Assembly: GCA_024137785.1 (NCBI GenBank)
Contig: JAHRHZ010000140.1
Coordinates: 30,733,687 to 30,797,686, forward strand
DNA: 64,000 bases
Direction: 5' to 3'
DNA from: Ginglymostoma cirratum
Lineage: Eukaryota
Below are positions 49,880-62,894 of this stretch, in pieces. Position 1 is the stretch's first letter. Every line of letters starts with the position of its first letter. Under the pieces are notes generated by a model. That model worked only from the letters and a program-made list of their open reading frames with translations, ran no database searches and was not told the DNA's origin. A program made the translations under genes and the position numbers.

Positions 49880-50880
49880 GTCCTCCTGCATCCTCATCAT
49901 CATTATTCTGTCCATGAAAATGCAGAAAGTCCACATCCAAAGGCGATCGTCTAGTTTCTCTCCATTGCAGAGTAACCTGAATGAGGTCTTAAGGAATAGG
50001 TGCATGAGTAGGCCCTTGGCCCCTCAAGACAGCTTTGCTATGCAGCATAGAAAAAAACACCATCATACAGAACATTCTGTGGATTATATTGCATTAAAAG
50101 GGACCAAATTTGATGAAGCATCTGAATCAGAGATGGAAAACTCTGAAGATTAGTCTGATAAGGTTGGTGGAAATGACTGCAGTACATTTCTGTCATTATG
50201 AGTTCTTCAGAAATGTCATAAATCAGTGCACAGAGGAGCCAGTTTCTCACCTGCTGCGCATTCGCAAATATCTTAAGTGTGGAATGGGAGGTGAGAAGGG
50301 ACAAATGTTTGCTGGAATATTTAAAAATATGGCAGTTGCCAAGAAAGTCATAGGTGATGAACTAATGGCCATCACATGTTAGTTACAGAATAACTGGCTT
50401 AAACAAGCTTTTAGGATTCAGAAGACATTGGAGTCCATGTGAATGATGCCCCAGCTTTTGGGACATCTAGTGTAAAAATCCTAGAGTGGTATATTGTTAT
50501 GTTCAGTTGTCTAAGGGAGAAGCAAAGAAAATTTTTGCTTTCATAAACATGTTATTAGTTGCCTATTAAATAATAAACTGGAGGCTGACTGGTATTATTG
50601 ATATTCCCTGTGGTCTGAGGTGACAGAGTGGGCTGCAGTAATAATGCAATGCTGTACGTTGTTTGACAGTGCATACATGGGTTGATAGAATTCCATGGCA
50701 ACCTTTCTAGAAGAGCACAACCTGCTTATACACTGCTTCTAGGTTGATCCACTCCATTAGAAGGGTAAGAATCCCCATTAGGTTGTATCCTCCTTCTCCT
50801 CCTCTCCCTAGAGTTGTAGATCAGCTTGCACACATTCCCTGTGCTGTCCTTCATCCGCCTCTTCCTTCTAGCAGTAGAAA
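49880..50880 (-). mobile_element. PIF/Harbinger (HARBI1-like) transposase remnant
   Basis: Minus-strand collinear decayed motifs: QCISRLCSSRKVAMEF (EQCxRRLRFSR), SQPPV, GIIH, LTCDGH...FLGNCH (QLVCDH...PGSCHD), NWLL, RFRCF...MQYNPQ...MLH, then an acidic tail. Confidence 0.65.
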
Positions 50881-51902
50881 TGCCAGTAGGATCCTCATGA
50901 AAAAATAAGTGTGTTTCTGGGGTGCTAGAAAAGTTCAGAATGCCCTATAACTGCTGCAAGCAATTTCAGGCTATCTAAGCAGAAAAGAGCATCTATTTAA
51001 TACAAGCCTATTCTCCTAAAACTTCTGTTATGACTCCCACTAAAAAAACTGCAAACCAAAATTATCAAATTTATTTAATGGCCTCAAATGGAAAAGAAGA
51101 TTTCACTTTTTGTAGCTTTTACATTAAAATGAATTAAAACCAACCAAACAGAAATTAACAGTCAAATGGTAGTTCAAATAAAAAGGTAAATTTTACTTTT
51201 AATAGTCAATATAACAAAAATGTATCTTTGACAACCTTAAACATTCATGTCACTCCTTGCAGACCAAAGTTCTAAAATTCAGTTTCTGAGAATCTCTCAC
51301 TTTCGTAATCATATGACTTGATTCCCAAATCATTTTTTTTTGGTGGCTGTAATCTATTTGAGGTACACAGAAATAATTACCACCCATTCCTACAGAATCT
51401 CCTTTGCCAGATCCATGACAGTCTTGATAACACAGATTCACCAGAGTTTCCTTTATCTGACTCCTTTAATAAACTACATTAAGTGGTTGGTCAGCTGTGG
51501 CAAAACTGAAACAGTAACAGCAGAATTGTCTAATTCACAAGCCTAACTTCAACATCTTTTTTGATGTTCTGAACTGTTTGCTGAACTTCAAAAACACAGC
51601 TCTTGGAAATATTGCTTCAACTGTTCTCCTCTCTGAGGCAGTTTTCCTTTGTTCATAACTTCCTTTGTATTTGACAACATGCACATCAACTTCCTTTCCG
51701 TTGGTACTGCTTCCAGGTCAATGGTTACCAAATCCCATGCACCAGTATTTCTGATTTCAAGAACATTACAAGCGATCCCTTTAAACTTGATCCAAAACTT
51801 AAATATCATTTTTAAACATTTGTAAAACAATTACAGAGTGCACAGATATTTTAAAACCCCATTGTAATTTTTCCTTATCAAACTATATTTGTGTCAAAGG
51901 CA

Positions 51903-52503
51903 ATCCCTGTTATGTACTATGTTAAAACGTTGTGGAGCTGGGTGAACACAGCAGGCCGAGCAGCATCAGAGGAGCNNNNNNNNNNNNNNNNNNNNNNNNN
52001 NNNNNNNNNNNNNNNNNNNNNNNNNNNNNNNNNNNNNNNNNNNNNNNNNNNNNNNNNNNNNNNNNNNNNNNNNNNNNNNNNNNNNNNNNNNNNNNNNNNN
52101 NNNNNNNNNNNNNNNNNNNNNNNNNNNNNNNNNNNNNNNNNNNNNNNNNNNNNNNNNNNNNNNNNNNNNNNNNNNNNNNNNNNNNNNNNNNNNNNNNNNN
52201 NNNNNNNNNNNNNNNNNNNNNNNNNNNNNNNNNNNNNNNNNNNNNNNNNNNNNNNNNNNNNNNNNNNNNNNNNNNNNNNNNNNNNNNNNNNNNNNNNNNN
52301 NNNNNNNNNNNNNNNNNNNNNNNNNNNNNNNNNNNNNNNNNNNNNNNNNNNNNNNNNNNNNNNNNNNNNNNNNNNTCTTGACCCGAAATGTCAGCTTTCC
52401 TGCTCCTCTGATGCTGCTCGGCCTGCTGTGTTCATCCAGCTCCACAACGTTTTATCTCAGATTCTCCAGCATCGGCAGTTCCTACTATCCCTGTTATGTA
52501 CTA
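51903..52503 (+). mobile_element. Penelope-derived fold-back element, copy 3 (spans 400-N gap), 17-bp TSD
   Basis: TSD atccctgttatgtacta at 51903-51919 and 52487-52503. Arms 51923-51975 / 52402-52454 (53 bp, one mismatch). Hammerhead 3' half gacccgaaatgtc at 52380-52392. Confidence 0.92.
51976..52375. other. Assembly gap (400 N)
   Basis: Run of N. Confidence 1.
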
Positions 52504-53604
52504 CACTGAATAAGAATAACACATGTTCAGCTGTAGGTAGTGATTATTGAACTTTCTTTTTATTTATACCTCCTTAATGGAGTGGGCAGCAGAAAAGATC
52601 AAATATTGAAATGCCGATATTTTGCAATATTCTGCAGTCACACAGTTTTGCCTGAGAACAAATTATTTTCTTACAACTTGTAAAGCTTTATGGATTGTAT
52701 CATGCACTGTGAGTAGCAATATAAGCAGACACACAAATGGTGGATAGAATATTGAATACATCTTTGAATCCATGAAAAGCGTACATTAATTTGAGGACCT
52801 CTCTGCCTTCCTGCATCCTGATTATATTCACCCCATTTTCTGGCTAGAGTATTTGCCATCAAAATTGAGAGTGGGTTAAATATCAGAATGATTGTGAACC
52901 GAGCAGCAATTTAGTGGTCCCACAAATCATACCCATTGACACCTGAAATGAGTTTTGAGAGAAGGGATGAACTCAAACTACATTTAAATAAACATGGATC
53001 TTGGAAATGGGCTCTAAATTTATGTAAATGAACTGTAAATTAGAACCAGAATGTAAATGGGAGAAGAAGAACTAATTAAAGGGAGATTGAAAGGACAGCA
53101 AAGTATTTATGATATTGGAGTGAAGTTAAGGATGAAGCAATTAACAACAATCATTAATACTGAAAAACAAAATAAAACAACAATGATAACAGCAAGGTAG
53201 AACAATGATTGGAAAATAAATGGGCTTGGTGCAAAAAATATTATTCAGGGTAAAAGGTAACATTTGAAAAATAATTTGTACAGGATGTTTGGGGTTAAAT
53301 AAATTAAGTTTTATGTTTTCCTTTGACGCATAATGATTAGTGATCAGTGATACTAGAAATTTCCCATCCTGAATTGGGACTAAATACAGACAGGACACAA
53401 GAAGTGGTCATGGTGGTTGTGTGCCAGTCTGACACCTCTAGCAATGTTCCTGTGAATACAGCAAATGCCTCACAAGTAAGAAAGTGAAGGCTTCTGCCTT
53501 TGTGGGTCATGATCATTAGGGAGCTCATTATGAGCCTGCATTTTGGTTTCACAAAACTTTCACACGGGGATGTAATGGTTACTGGTTCTCTGAAACAGAT
53601 TTAA

Positions 53605-54070
53605 AGAGTCACAGAGTCATACAGCACGGAAACAGACCTTTTGGTTTAACCAGCCCATGACAAACATAATCCCAAACTAAACAAATCCCACCTGCCAGCT
53701 CCTGGCCCATATCCTTTCAAACCTTTCCTATTCATGTACTTATCCAAATGTCTTTTAAACGTTGTAATTGTACCCACATCTACCACTTCCTCGGGAAGCT
53801 CATTCCACACGTGGACCAAGCCTTGTGTAAAATGTTTGCCCTCATGTTTTTTTTAAATCTTTCTCCTCTCACTTTAAAAATGTGATCCTTAGTCATGAAA
53901 GCCCCCATCCCAAGGAAAAGACAACTACCATTAACTCTATCTATACCTCTCATCATTTTATAAACTTCTTTCAGGTTGTTTCTCAACCTCTGACGCTACA
54001 GTGAAAAATGTCCCAACCTATGCAGCCCTTCTTTATAACTCAAACCTTCCATACCCAGCAACATCCTTGC
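53605..54070 (-). mobile_element. CR1/HER1-type LINE 3' fragment
   Basis: MRNNLKEVYKMMRGIDRVN...HIFKVRGERFK and tail gtctgtttccgtgctgtatgactctgtgactct. Confidence 0.9.
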
Positions 54071-55029
54071 TGCAACCTGGCAGGAGAGGGGCAGCAGTCA
54101 AAAAATATAATGCAAACAAGTGGAAGCTTGGATAAGAAAGCTGCTGAGCAGTGAAGAAGTCTAACTCACGAACATTTCCTTACTCTATACTGTGTCCAAG
54201 CTCACCAGTTGCCATGGGAACTTTGAATATGAGGACCCTCTCAAATGTTTTGTTAAAGACTGCCTATAGCAATGGCTGCCAATTGAGGCCAGAACCTGGC
54301 CCTTTGCCCTAGAGTGTCACTTACATTTTTGCACCCCACCCCCAGCCACCAAATGGATAACATTCCTGTTTCTAAAAGCTTTGAGACCCTGAACCTATGA
54401 AAACCTCACAGCATGGCACACAGGTGATGGAGGAAGGTTCACGACCCGGAAACGAATCCATCTCTCTATATCTGCCTCCAATGGGAAAACCCGACCTTAT
54501 GTCTCTTTAAGACAGATAACAGTCCCAAGAAAAGCAAAAGTCAGAAATTTAACAGCTTTCTTTTCCCGCTACGTAAAACAACAGACTTTTTCTTTCTAGC
54601 AGCTGAATGTTTAAGAGACTCATCAGAGTTTGTGAAGAAAATAGATGTTAGTAGCAGTCATGAAAAAGAAATCAATGTATGAGTTTGAAAGGCAGCAGAA
54701 TTTGATAGATTGGCTCCAAGAATACATAAGGAAATGAGAACTGTGTTCGGTAGTGAGAGCAGGGAGAGGTTGGGGGTGGTAGGGGCGAAGTGGGAGAGCT
54801 GTGGCTGGATATTTTTCACAGCTCATTAAGTACAGGGGTGCCAGATGCTATTTTAATTTTTTAAGAAAAAGTCAGAAGTGTGATCCTGGGAATTGTAGGC
54901 CTGCCTGTTAACTCTGCATGTACAGATGAAAAAATATCAGGGTCCCTAATCAATAGGAAATAATTCAAGCACATTTAACAAGAGTAAATGTAATCATCCC
55001 AAGCACAGATCTAACTGAAGAATTGTACT

Positions 55030-55700
55030 CAGCTTCTTTGGTTATGTAACAGAAGTGGAGCATCATGGTAAAGTGGTTGAAGTTACAGATTTTGATTTTC
55101 AGAGAAAAAAATTCAGATGCCTCACTAGAGACTTACAGCTGAAGCGAAAATGGATGGGATGAGGGAAGAAAGTATGAATTGGATAATAAATTTGCTGAAT
55201 AATAGGGAAAAAAATGACCCGTGGTAGTTATTGTAAGTGCTCCAGAGATAAGACCTGGGATCTTGGTTATTCACATGATTTATAACAATTCTGATGAAGG
55301 AATTAAAAGTTAAATGCCTTAAGTCTGCATGTGAAATAAAGTTCTGCGGTAAAACTGGAGTAAAGATACAAAATTCAAAAAAGTCTATCATGAGATGGTA
55401 ATTGGTGGGCTAATTTACCAATGGAAATTAAATATTGAGTAAGGCATTGAAATATGGAAAAGGGAACTATCATTAAATAAGGTGAGTAATACACACAATT
55501 CTAGGTGCTGCGGTTAAACAAATATTGAAATAATGATTATTCTGTATGGAAGTTGTTACAAATATAAACATTGTGTTGCAATGTACAACCAGATCCATAG
55601 GATTTAAATGTAAGTAAAGGAACAGATGTATCTCTATCAGTTGAGCCCTTGGTAATTATGCCCAACCAAATACAATTATATTCAGTGCTATCATGCAATA
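55030..55700 (+). mobile_element. Highly decayed CR1-like RT fragment
   Basis: gattttgattttcagag...gatgcctcac (DFQKAFDxxPH-like) and ttattcacatgatttataac. A CR1 tail (tggatcaaatggcctccttctatgttgtaac...tgtgattctgtg) lies at 56320-56370. Confidence 0.5.
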
Positions 55701-56529
55701 AACCTTCATGTTATCCAAGAGCAGTGTCTCTTCTGTAGATACTCTATGTACCCTCTACCACAAATCACCAGATAAACCCAAGATAAAGCAAAGACAAATG
55801 AAGATTAGTGACAGTGAGCTAACAATCCTTATCCAATACCACATATTGGTAGATGTGGCAAATACCACATGGTGCTAGCAGTGGTCATGTGGGAAAATAC
55901 CATATCGTTGCAGCAGTGCCAATCTGACCCCCACCACGAGGGTAAGAAATCCAGAAGGCCTAAAAGAAAAAAAAAACAAATGGTTAAGACCATTAGAAAA
56001 GAGACAGACAGTCAGGCAGTAGCTGGAACACGTTTATCAATAGAAAAAAATGGCAACAGTTGCAAAGCAGCAAGAAGCAAAGTTCAGGGCTTCAAAAGCA
56101 AAACTTCAATCAGAAGGTGGTGAGGGGTGCTAAGGCAAGAGTGTGGACTAGAAAAAGAGTGAAATGTCAACCAAACTTAAACAATACAAACGCCCCAGTG
56201 AAGAGGGTCAGAAGTGAGCAGCTGAAGGCACCAGAAAGTAAATTTCGAGGTCCCTAAGGCAAAAAGAAATACCTTAATGTGAAACAGTGGAGAGTCCAGA
56301 AAGAGAAGACAAGGGAGTATGATGGATCAAATGGCCTCCTTCTATGTTGTAACTATTTTGTGATTCTGTGGTGTAAAGATTGACATCCACATGAACTTAA
56401 GCAAGGTAGCATTAGTACTCCAGTGACTCCACATGGTGTGAGCATCCAACCACATCAATTTGGTCATGAAGCTACAATTGTACAGTTGCATAACAGTACC
56501 AACCATAATTTACTCCAGTGAGATGTAGA

Positions 56530-57420
56530 AAGATAGAAACATAGAAAAAAGGAGCTGGAGGAGATCATTTGATTCACCAAAATCCACTCTGCCATTCTAC
56601 ATGATCATGGCTGATTCTTTATCTCAATGATATCGTTCCTCCCGCTCCCTATACTTGTTGGCTGTTTTAACTTCTGGAAATTTATTTATTTATTTCTTAA
56701 ATGTATTGAATGACCTGGCCTCCACAGCCTTTTATGGTATAGAATTCCACAGGTTCGCCACCCTGTGAATGAAGAAACTTCTTCTCATCTCGGGAGATGA
56801 CATAGATGGTACATTACCACCAATTCCAAGTGCTTTGATTTTGCACACTAACCTCTTATGTGAGATTTTATCAAAAGCATTCTGAAGAATACACTACATC
56901 CACTGGTTCTCCCTCATCTATTCTACTAGATATGCTCTCAGAAAACACTAGTATGTTGTCAAACACAAATTCCATTTCAGAAATGAATACTGAATTTGTG
57001 TAATTCTCTTGGTATTTTCTAAGTATCCTGTTATCACACCCTTTATGATAGTATTTTCCCTACTCTAAGGCAAACCAGTCTGTAATTTCCTGTTTTCTCC
57101 CTCCTTTCTTTTTACATAATATGCTTACAGTTGCCATATCCAATCATCCAGGATTGTTCCAGAAGTTTTGGAAGATAACAAACAACGTACCAACTATTTC
57201 CATGGCCACATCCTTTAGTATACTGGGATGCAAATTACAGGGCTCTGGGGAATTAGGAGCTTTTAATCCCATTTATTTCTCAAGCACTTATTTTATACTA
57301 AAAAAAATTTCCTTCAATTCTTCTATCCAATAGACTTTTGTTATTCCAACATTTCTAGGAAATTATTTGTGTTTTTTTTCTGTCAATACAGAACTGAAGC
57401 AGTTATTGAACAACCCTACT
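56530..57420 (-). mobile_element. CR1 LINE fragments (tail plus internal RT pieces)
   Basis: tagaaacatagaaaaaaggagctggag tail, gaattccacaggttcgccaccctgtgaatgaagaaa (FFxQRVxNLWNS) and gagattttatcaaaagcattctgaa (FQKAFDK). Confidence 0.8.
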
Positions 57421-57439
57421 ATTTCCTTAAAACAGGACG

Positions 57440-57830
57440 TAACAACAGCATTGTCCCTTAAGATGGGCATCTTTCATCAGTCCTGCTTACGTAAAGTCCT
57501 GGGCATCACATGCAGAAACAGCAGCACCAATGAAGATGTGTTACAGAGAAAGGTCTGCAGGACATCAAGAGACAGAGAGGGAGAGGCAAGTGAAGCTAGA
57601 AGGACATGAGTCCTGCTTCCTAGGGGTGTGCCGACCAGAATGGCGGTGGAATGGCATCACCAGATGAAGAAAAGACAGCCCCGACAAGGAAGCTCCAAAA
57701 ATTACACTTAAGGAGGACCTTCAAGAGTGGGATGCTGTCTGGGCAGGAGTAGAAGAATTTGTAATGGATCAGAACTAGTGGTGGAGTCTCACTGCCCCTT
57801 GTCCCATATAGAACTGGAGGAACTAAATCT
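57440..57830 (+). mobile_element. RTE-clade LINE 3' fragment
   Basis: IFHQSCLRKVLGITCRNSSTNEDVLQR matches RTE FHQRCLRKILxIxWxDxxTNxEVL. The end reads WWSLTAPCP...WRN*. Confidence 0.75.
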
Positions 57831-60311
57831 TATCAACTAGAGAGTAAATAGCTCTACTGATATCTTTTAGGACAAAGCATGTGATGAACTAAGCTTGTGG
57901 GTGCCTTGAGCTGAAATGTCTCAAAAGCTATCCCAGAAATAATATCAGTTGACTTACATTATTAGTCCATAAACAAAATGAGAAAATAAAACTTCTGGAT
58001 TTTTTTTTATTCTCACTGAAGTTGGAATTGTCTTTAGCTACATTGTGTTCTGTCAAATATCACACATGATTTTTTCATATTTTCCATTAATTCCATCAAC
58101 TTGTATTTTCAATTCATTCCTTTCTTCAATTGATTCTGAAGGGGAAGATGATTTAGTGTCTGAATAGTTAGTAATATGGGTTTGATGGTGTGAATATAAA
58201 TTTTTGGTGTATGTCAAAACTTACAAGTGAAACGAATATTTTGGAATCTGAAAAGCAATTTAGAGATTTAATTAAAAAAAAACTTTAATTTTTCCCAGTT
58301 GATTTTGTAATCAGTTGCCAAGAACAATTATTGTAAGAAGATATGATACAGGGAACTGAAATTGCAAAATTGATAACAGTTAAAAAAGAACACCATGAGT
58401 TCATAAATTAATTGTGTGGGAGAAGGAGTGGGCTTTGGAATTGTAAATGTTGAAATGGGAATGCACAGTAGCAGTTAAGTAGCCAAATGCTTAGATAAAT
58501 AAAAGATTAGCAGGAGGACAAAAGTGTCCAACATTCAGCAGAAATAACTGTGGGTGGAAAACAAAACTGCAGTTCAGAACAGTCATTAGGAGGCTACAAT
58601 TATTATTAATCCAAAATGTCTACTCAAGATGTTGACATATGAACAAGCCTTCATCATTATATATATAGTATCACAAACCAGGTCAGTATATTAAACTTTA
58701 TTTAAATCATTAATCAAATACTTGTACTTTTGATACTTCTTGTCCTGTTTTCACTATAGCTTTCAAATGAATATTAATCTGGTCTACACCGGGCTATCAG
58801 CTTCCCAGAGAGTTTAACTGACATTTTACATTTCTGTTTTGCAGTGACTGAAAAGGAAAGTTGAAATTGTTGATCAGTTAGCCATTTAAAGCTGCACTTT
58901 TTAATTGAAAATTAATTACAGCTTCTAAGTAGGGATTCTATTTACTTTCCAATTAGCAATTCACTCTTTAAAAAACTGCAACGTGGAACTGAAGCGAAGA
59001 GAGGACTTTTGAATAGTAATGTCACATTTAGTTTGGTGGAGGAAGTGACAGTGGGAAGAATTGCACAGTCAGTATCAATGAACTGAGCCGAAAGAAAAGG
59101 CATTAAAAAGATATAGACAAAAAAAAATGAAAGAATGAAATAAATGCATTGAAATTACTTTAAAACCTGTTATTTATTTACAGGCAGTAGTGACACTATC
59201 TCCTTCCCTTTATCCCTGTTCAGTTAAGTAACAAGTAAGACTTTTTTCATGCTAATAGAGTATGGCTGATAGGACCAAGAGTGTTCTCTGATCCAATAGT
59301 TTAATACACAATGGTTCGTTCTTCCAATTTGAAGTGAACTATATTGGGGAAATAAAGGTACTGTAACAGGCTATTGTGTTGTTCACTTAAATGCTGATAA
59401 ACTTTCATTGGATAAACGTCTGTCTAATAGCAATCAATACTTTTGTTGTGTGGTGTTAGGAAAATACTTAAGCAACATTTACAATTGACATATTTGTTCA
59501 TTTTAAGTAAGATTAACTTATCTATTAAAGCTGATACAAAGACATAGTGTGTAGCTTGAAATATAATGAAGGCTAGCCTTAATTGGCAATGATGATATGC
59601 TATGCTGAGAAAAAAAAAAGTTCAATTTCTGGGTAAGAAAAAGTGTGTTCCACCAACAATTTATCAAACTGAGAGGAAATAAATCATCAAAAAGTTATTA
59701 CAAAAGTTATTTCAATTTGCAATTATGTTTTAGTTTTTGCTGTATTAAAAGAGATAATTTCATTCATCTAGTTAAAATATTTTTTAAGAATAAGTGAAGG
59801 AATGGTAATTGGTTTGTACCACTAACCTGTGAAAATGAGCACAGAGGAAGATTCTTTCTTTGCATTGAAGCCCAGGGCCTGACTGATGTCAGGTCTTCAT
59901 CTTAATAAGAGCTGAGAGTGGTGGATGCTTAGTGTGTTTCCTTCGGCAGCTCATCAGTGAAATGAGAATGAATATTGGGCCATTATGAAAGCAGCATTTG
60001 TATTCAGGTAATACTTAAGACTTAGGGACAGTGAATTTGGCATTGCTTTGCACACAGGAAGATGAGAAGGAGCAGCCGTACTCTTTAGAGAGAAAATAAA
60101 ACTCATTCAGAAATGTTCCTCACAAAAAAGACTGTCTTCATTTTGTATGTTTGTCCAAGAACCCAGGGTGGTGATAGCATCAGCCTAGCAGAAGATCTCT
60201 TTCAAAAGTGAGTTGTTAACTTTGTTTGATTGATATCTTGAAGTGATTATAATATATTGTTCACTCTGTGGTCTCTGTTGTCAATGTTTCAATAATATAA
60301 AACACAAAGCC

Positions 60312-60355
60312 CCATAGATGCTCCAGACCTGTTGAGTTTTTCCAGTAATTTCTTT
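60312..60355 (+). mobile_element. Penelope pLTR micro-fragment
   Basis: ccatagatgctccagacctgttgagtttttccagtaatttct. Confidence 0.5.
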
Positions 60356-62894
60356 CAATGTTTAGTTAGATAACATTAAGAAGTGTGAAGTGTTTGAAGC
60401 CTCTGTCACTGATACTTTAACGATCTGTCTGATTGATATTTTTTGAGGTTGTTGGATCAAAAGCTTATTTTCCAAAGAATGTTTCTGATTGGGTGTTTCT
60501 TTTGGTTGCCTATAGCTTCTATGCTGACCATTGGTTACGTGTGTAAGGGGTTTAAGTCTGTATGGAGACTATGAAGGACCACGCAGAGTGGTGGAGGGAT
60601 TTGAATTGGTGTTGAGATAACATGTACAGCATGTTGAGTCATGGGGTGCAGCATGGAGTAGGAGTTGGCATTAAGTTGGAATATGGAATAAATGGGGATA
60701 CAGGTGAGTGTTACAGGCCTTGCGTCTCATGCCCATGTTTCCTAGAGACACTTCAGGAGAAAGTGTTTCTAATTCAATCTTGGCTCCTTATACATAGACT
60801 TGTTGATTTAAATATTAATACTCCCATTGCTTGCCTTAAATTAAAATAGTTTTGCCATTGAAATTTCACCATGTCCGTGTTCCAATGACATCTATATATT
60901 TAGCTAAGTGAGCAATTGGTAAATTGATTGAGAAAGTACCACTGATTAAACCACTCAGTAATGTCTACTAAACTGCAAAGTCACAGCAGAGCATGACCAG
61001 AGTATAAATGTTACTGAAAGGAAATATGTAGGTAATTATTATCTCATCCATTTGTGAGGTTATGCAAATCTGTAAAATCTGAGGAAATTGATTTTTTCCC
61101 TTTCAGTATATATAAACTTAATACATCAAACTGAGAATGTTAATCAATGCTATTAGTAATTAGTGGTATGAATATAGTTCTTCACATCAAAGAGAGCTTT
61201 TTCTCACTAAATTGGACTATTGATTTAATATTTCATTCTCCAACATTTGTTTATGGTCAATTGAAGTATATGTAAAATTATTTGCTTTAAGGATACTAAC
61301 AGAGAGGAATTGCTAATTGTACGACTTGGTTCTGTGAACTTGAAGGGTGACATTTTTGAACATCAGGTGGATAAAGTTTAAAATTCACATTCTGATCAGA
61401 ATGCCCATATGCATTGTAATGAAACTCAGATCAACTTTCTTGCTAGTACTGGCAGTATGGTTAAGTGTAGCTAGACTGCAGAATTAAAAAAAAAATGAAA
61501 TGCAAGGCTTCATTAAATCGACTGTTTTCGCATTCTGATCACTTTCCTTTTTACAGCTATTTTTTTACTGTGCTTCATTAATCTGTGCTGAACACAATGA
61601 CATACATCTTTAATGCAGCTGCTGTCAAGGCATATTTCAGTAAGAGCTGCCAAGTGAATGACAGCAACCAATATTAATAAATTTAACATAAAGCCTATCA
61701 ATTTTTAACAGAATTAATAAGGAAAGCTGAGAAATTTCTAAATTGTAGGATTTATTGCTTGCTAAACACACACATTTTATAAAACTTGTGACACTCAGTG
61801 AAAAAATAGATTTACATCTCATTAATAAGTAAATTAGGAAAATGCCTTTCAAGTTCAGACAAGTACATAAGTGTAATCTCCATATTAAAGGAGTAGCCTT
61901 TGATAAACCACTGTGGAATAGCGATAGCAGACTATGTGTCATGTTGCCTGTGCTTGAACTCTTCCACATTCCCACCTTTAATTACACTGGCTCATTATTA
62001 AAGAGATAAGTGTCTCTCCACTTAAGATTCTATAAATGAACATCACAGAGGGTCCACCCTAATAATTTTACAGAAATGATGAAAAGGTGGTAACAATTTC
62101 AAAAATGAATTATCACTAGACCTCATTTTCGTGTAATAACATTAAAATATTAAGATTAATTCTTTGAAATCTCCAAAAAGTTGTCGATTAAGTCTGCTAT
62201 TTTAAATTTTAAAAAAAATTACTAGTGAGATTTTATTTTTCCTTTACAAATCCCATCAGAGACCATTTGGTGAAAATTTAAACCTAGTGAGAAATCTTGT
62301 GTCAGTACTAAACAAGAAAGTTCTCATTGATATGAAGGCTGCTTCTATTTCAGTTTCAATGATTGTAGAAACAATCTGAGGTCTGACTACTGACTCAGAA
62401 TTCAGCTGTGACTGGATAAAATATATTGATTGGCCATTGAATTTACAATCAATGATGAAACTGGCCATATTTCAGGTTACTCCACAAAAACCTGTCTATT
62501 ATTTGTTTCATCATCATAGTGTGGAGTGGTTTGAATAACAACTGGTCTGCAATTTACTCTTAGTTCTGCTGATTGACAGTCAGTGAATCTCAGACTACCC
62601 AATTCCACACACTCTTGGTGTGCCAGTTGCCCATGTTTGAAGACCACTGAATGCATCTGCTCAGTATTTCAGTGTTACAGTGCTGTGAGTAAATACAGCT
62701 GCTATAAATCACACCCATGCCCAAACATGCAAGATGTAGGATTAGAATTTCCTGGAACATTGCAATGTGATGCATGCAGTAAATTGTGCCATTTAGCACC
62801 TCAATCTATTCGTTAAATTTCATGGAAAAGTAAAATAAGTACACCAGACTGAGAATAATGGTGAGTCAGGGACTTCAGTAGTGAGACAAAAAAT

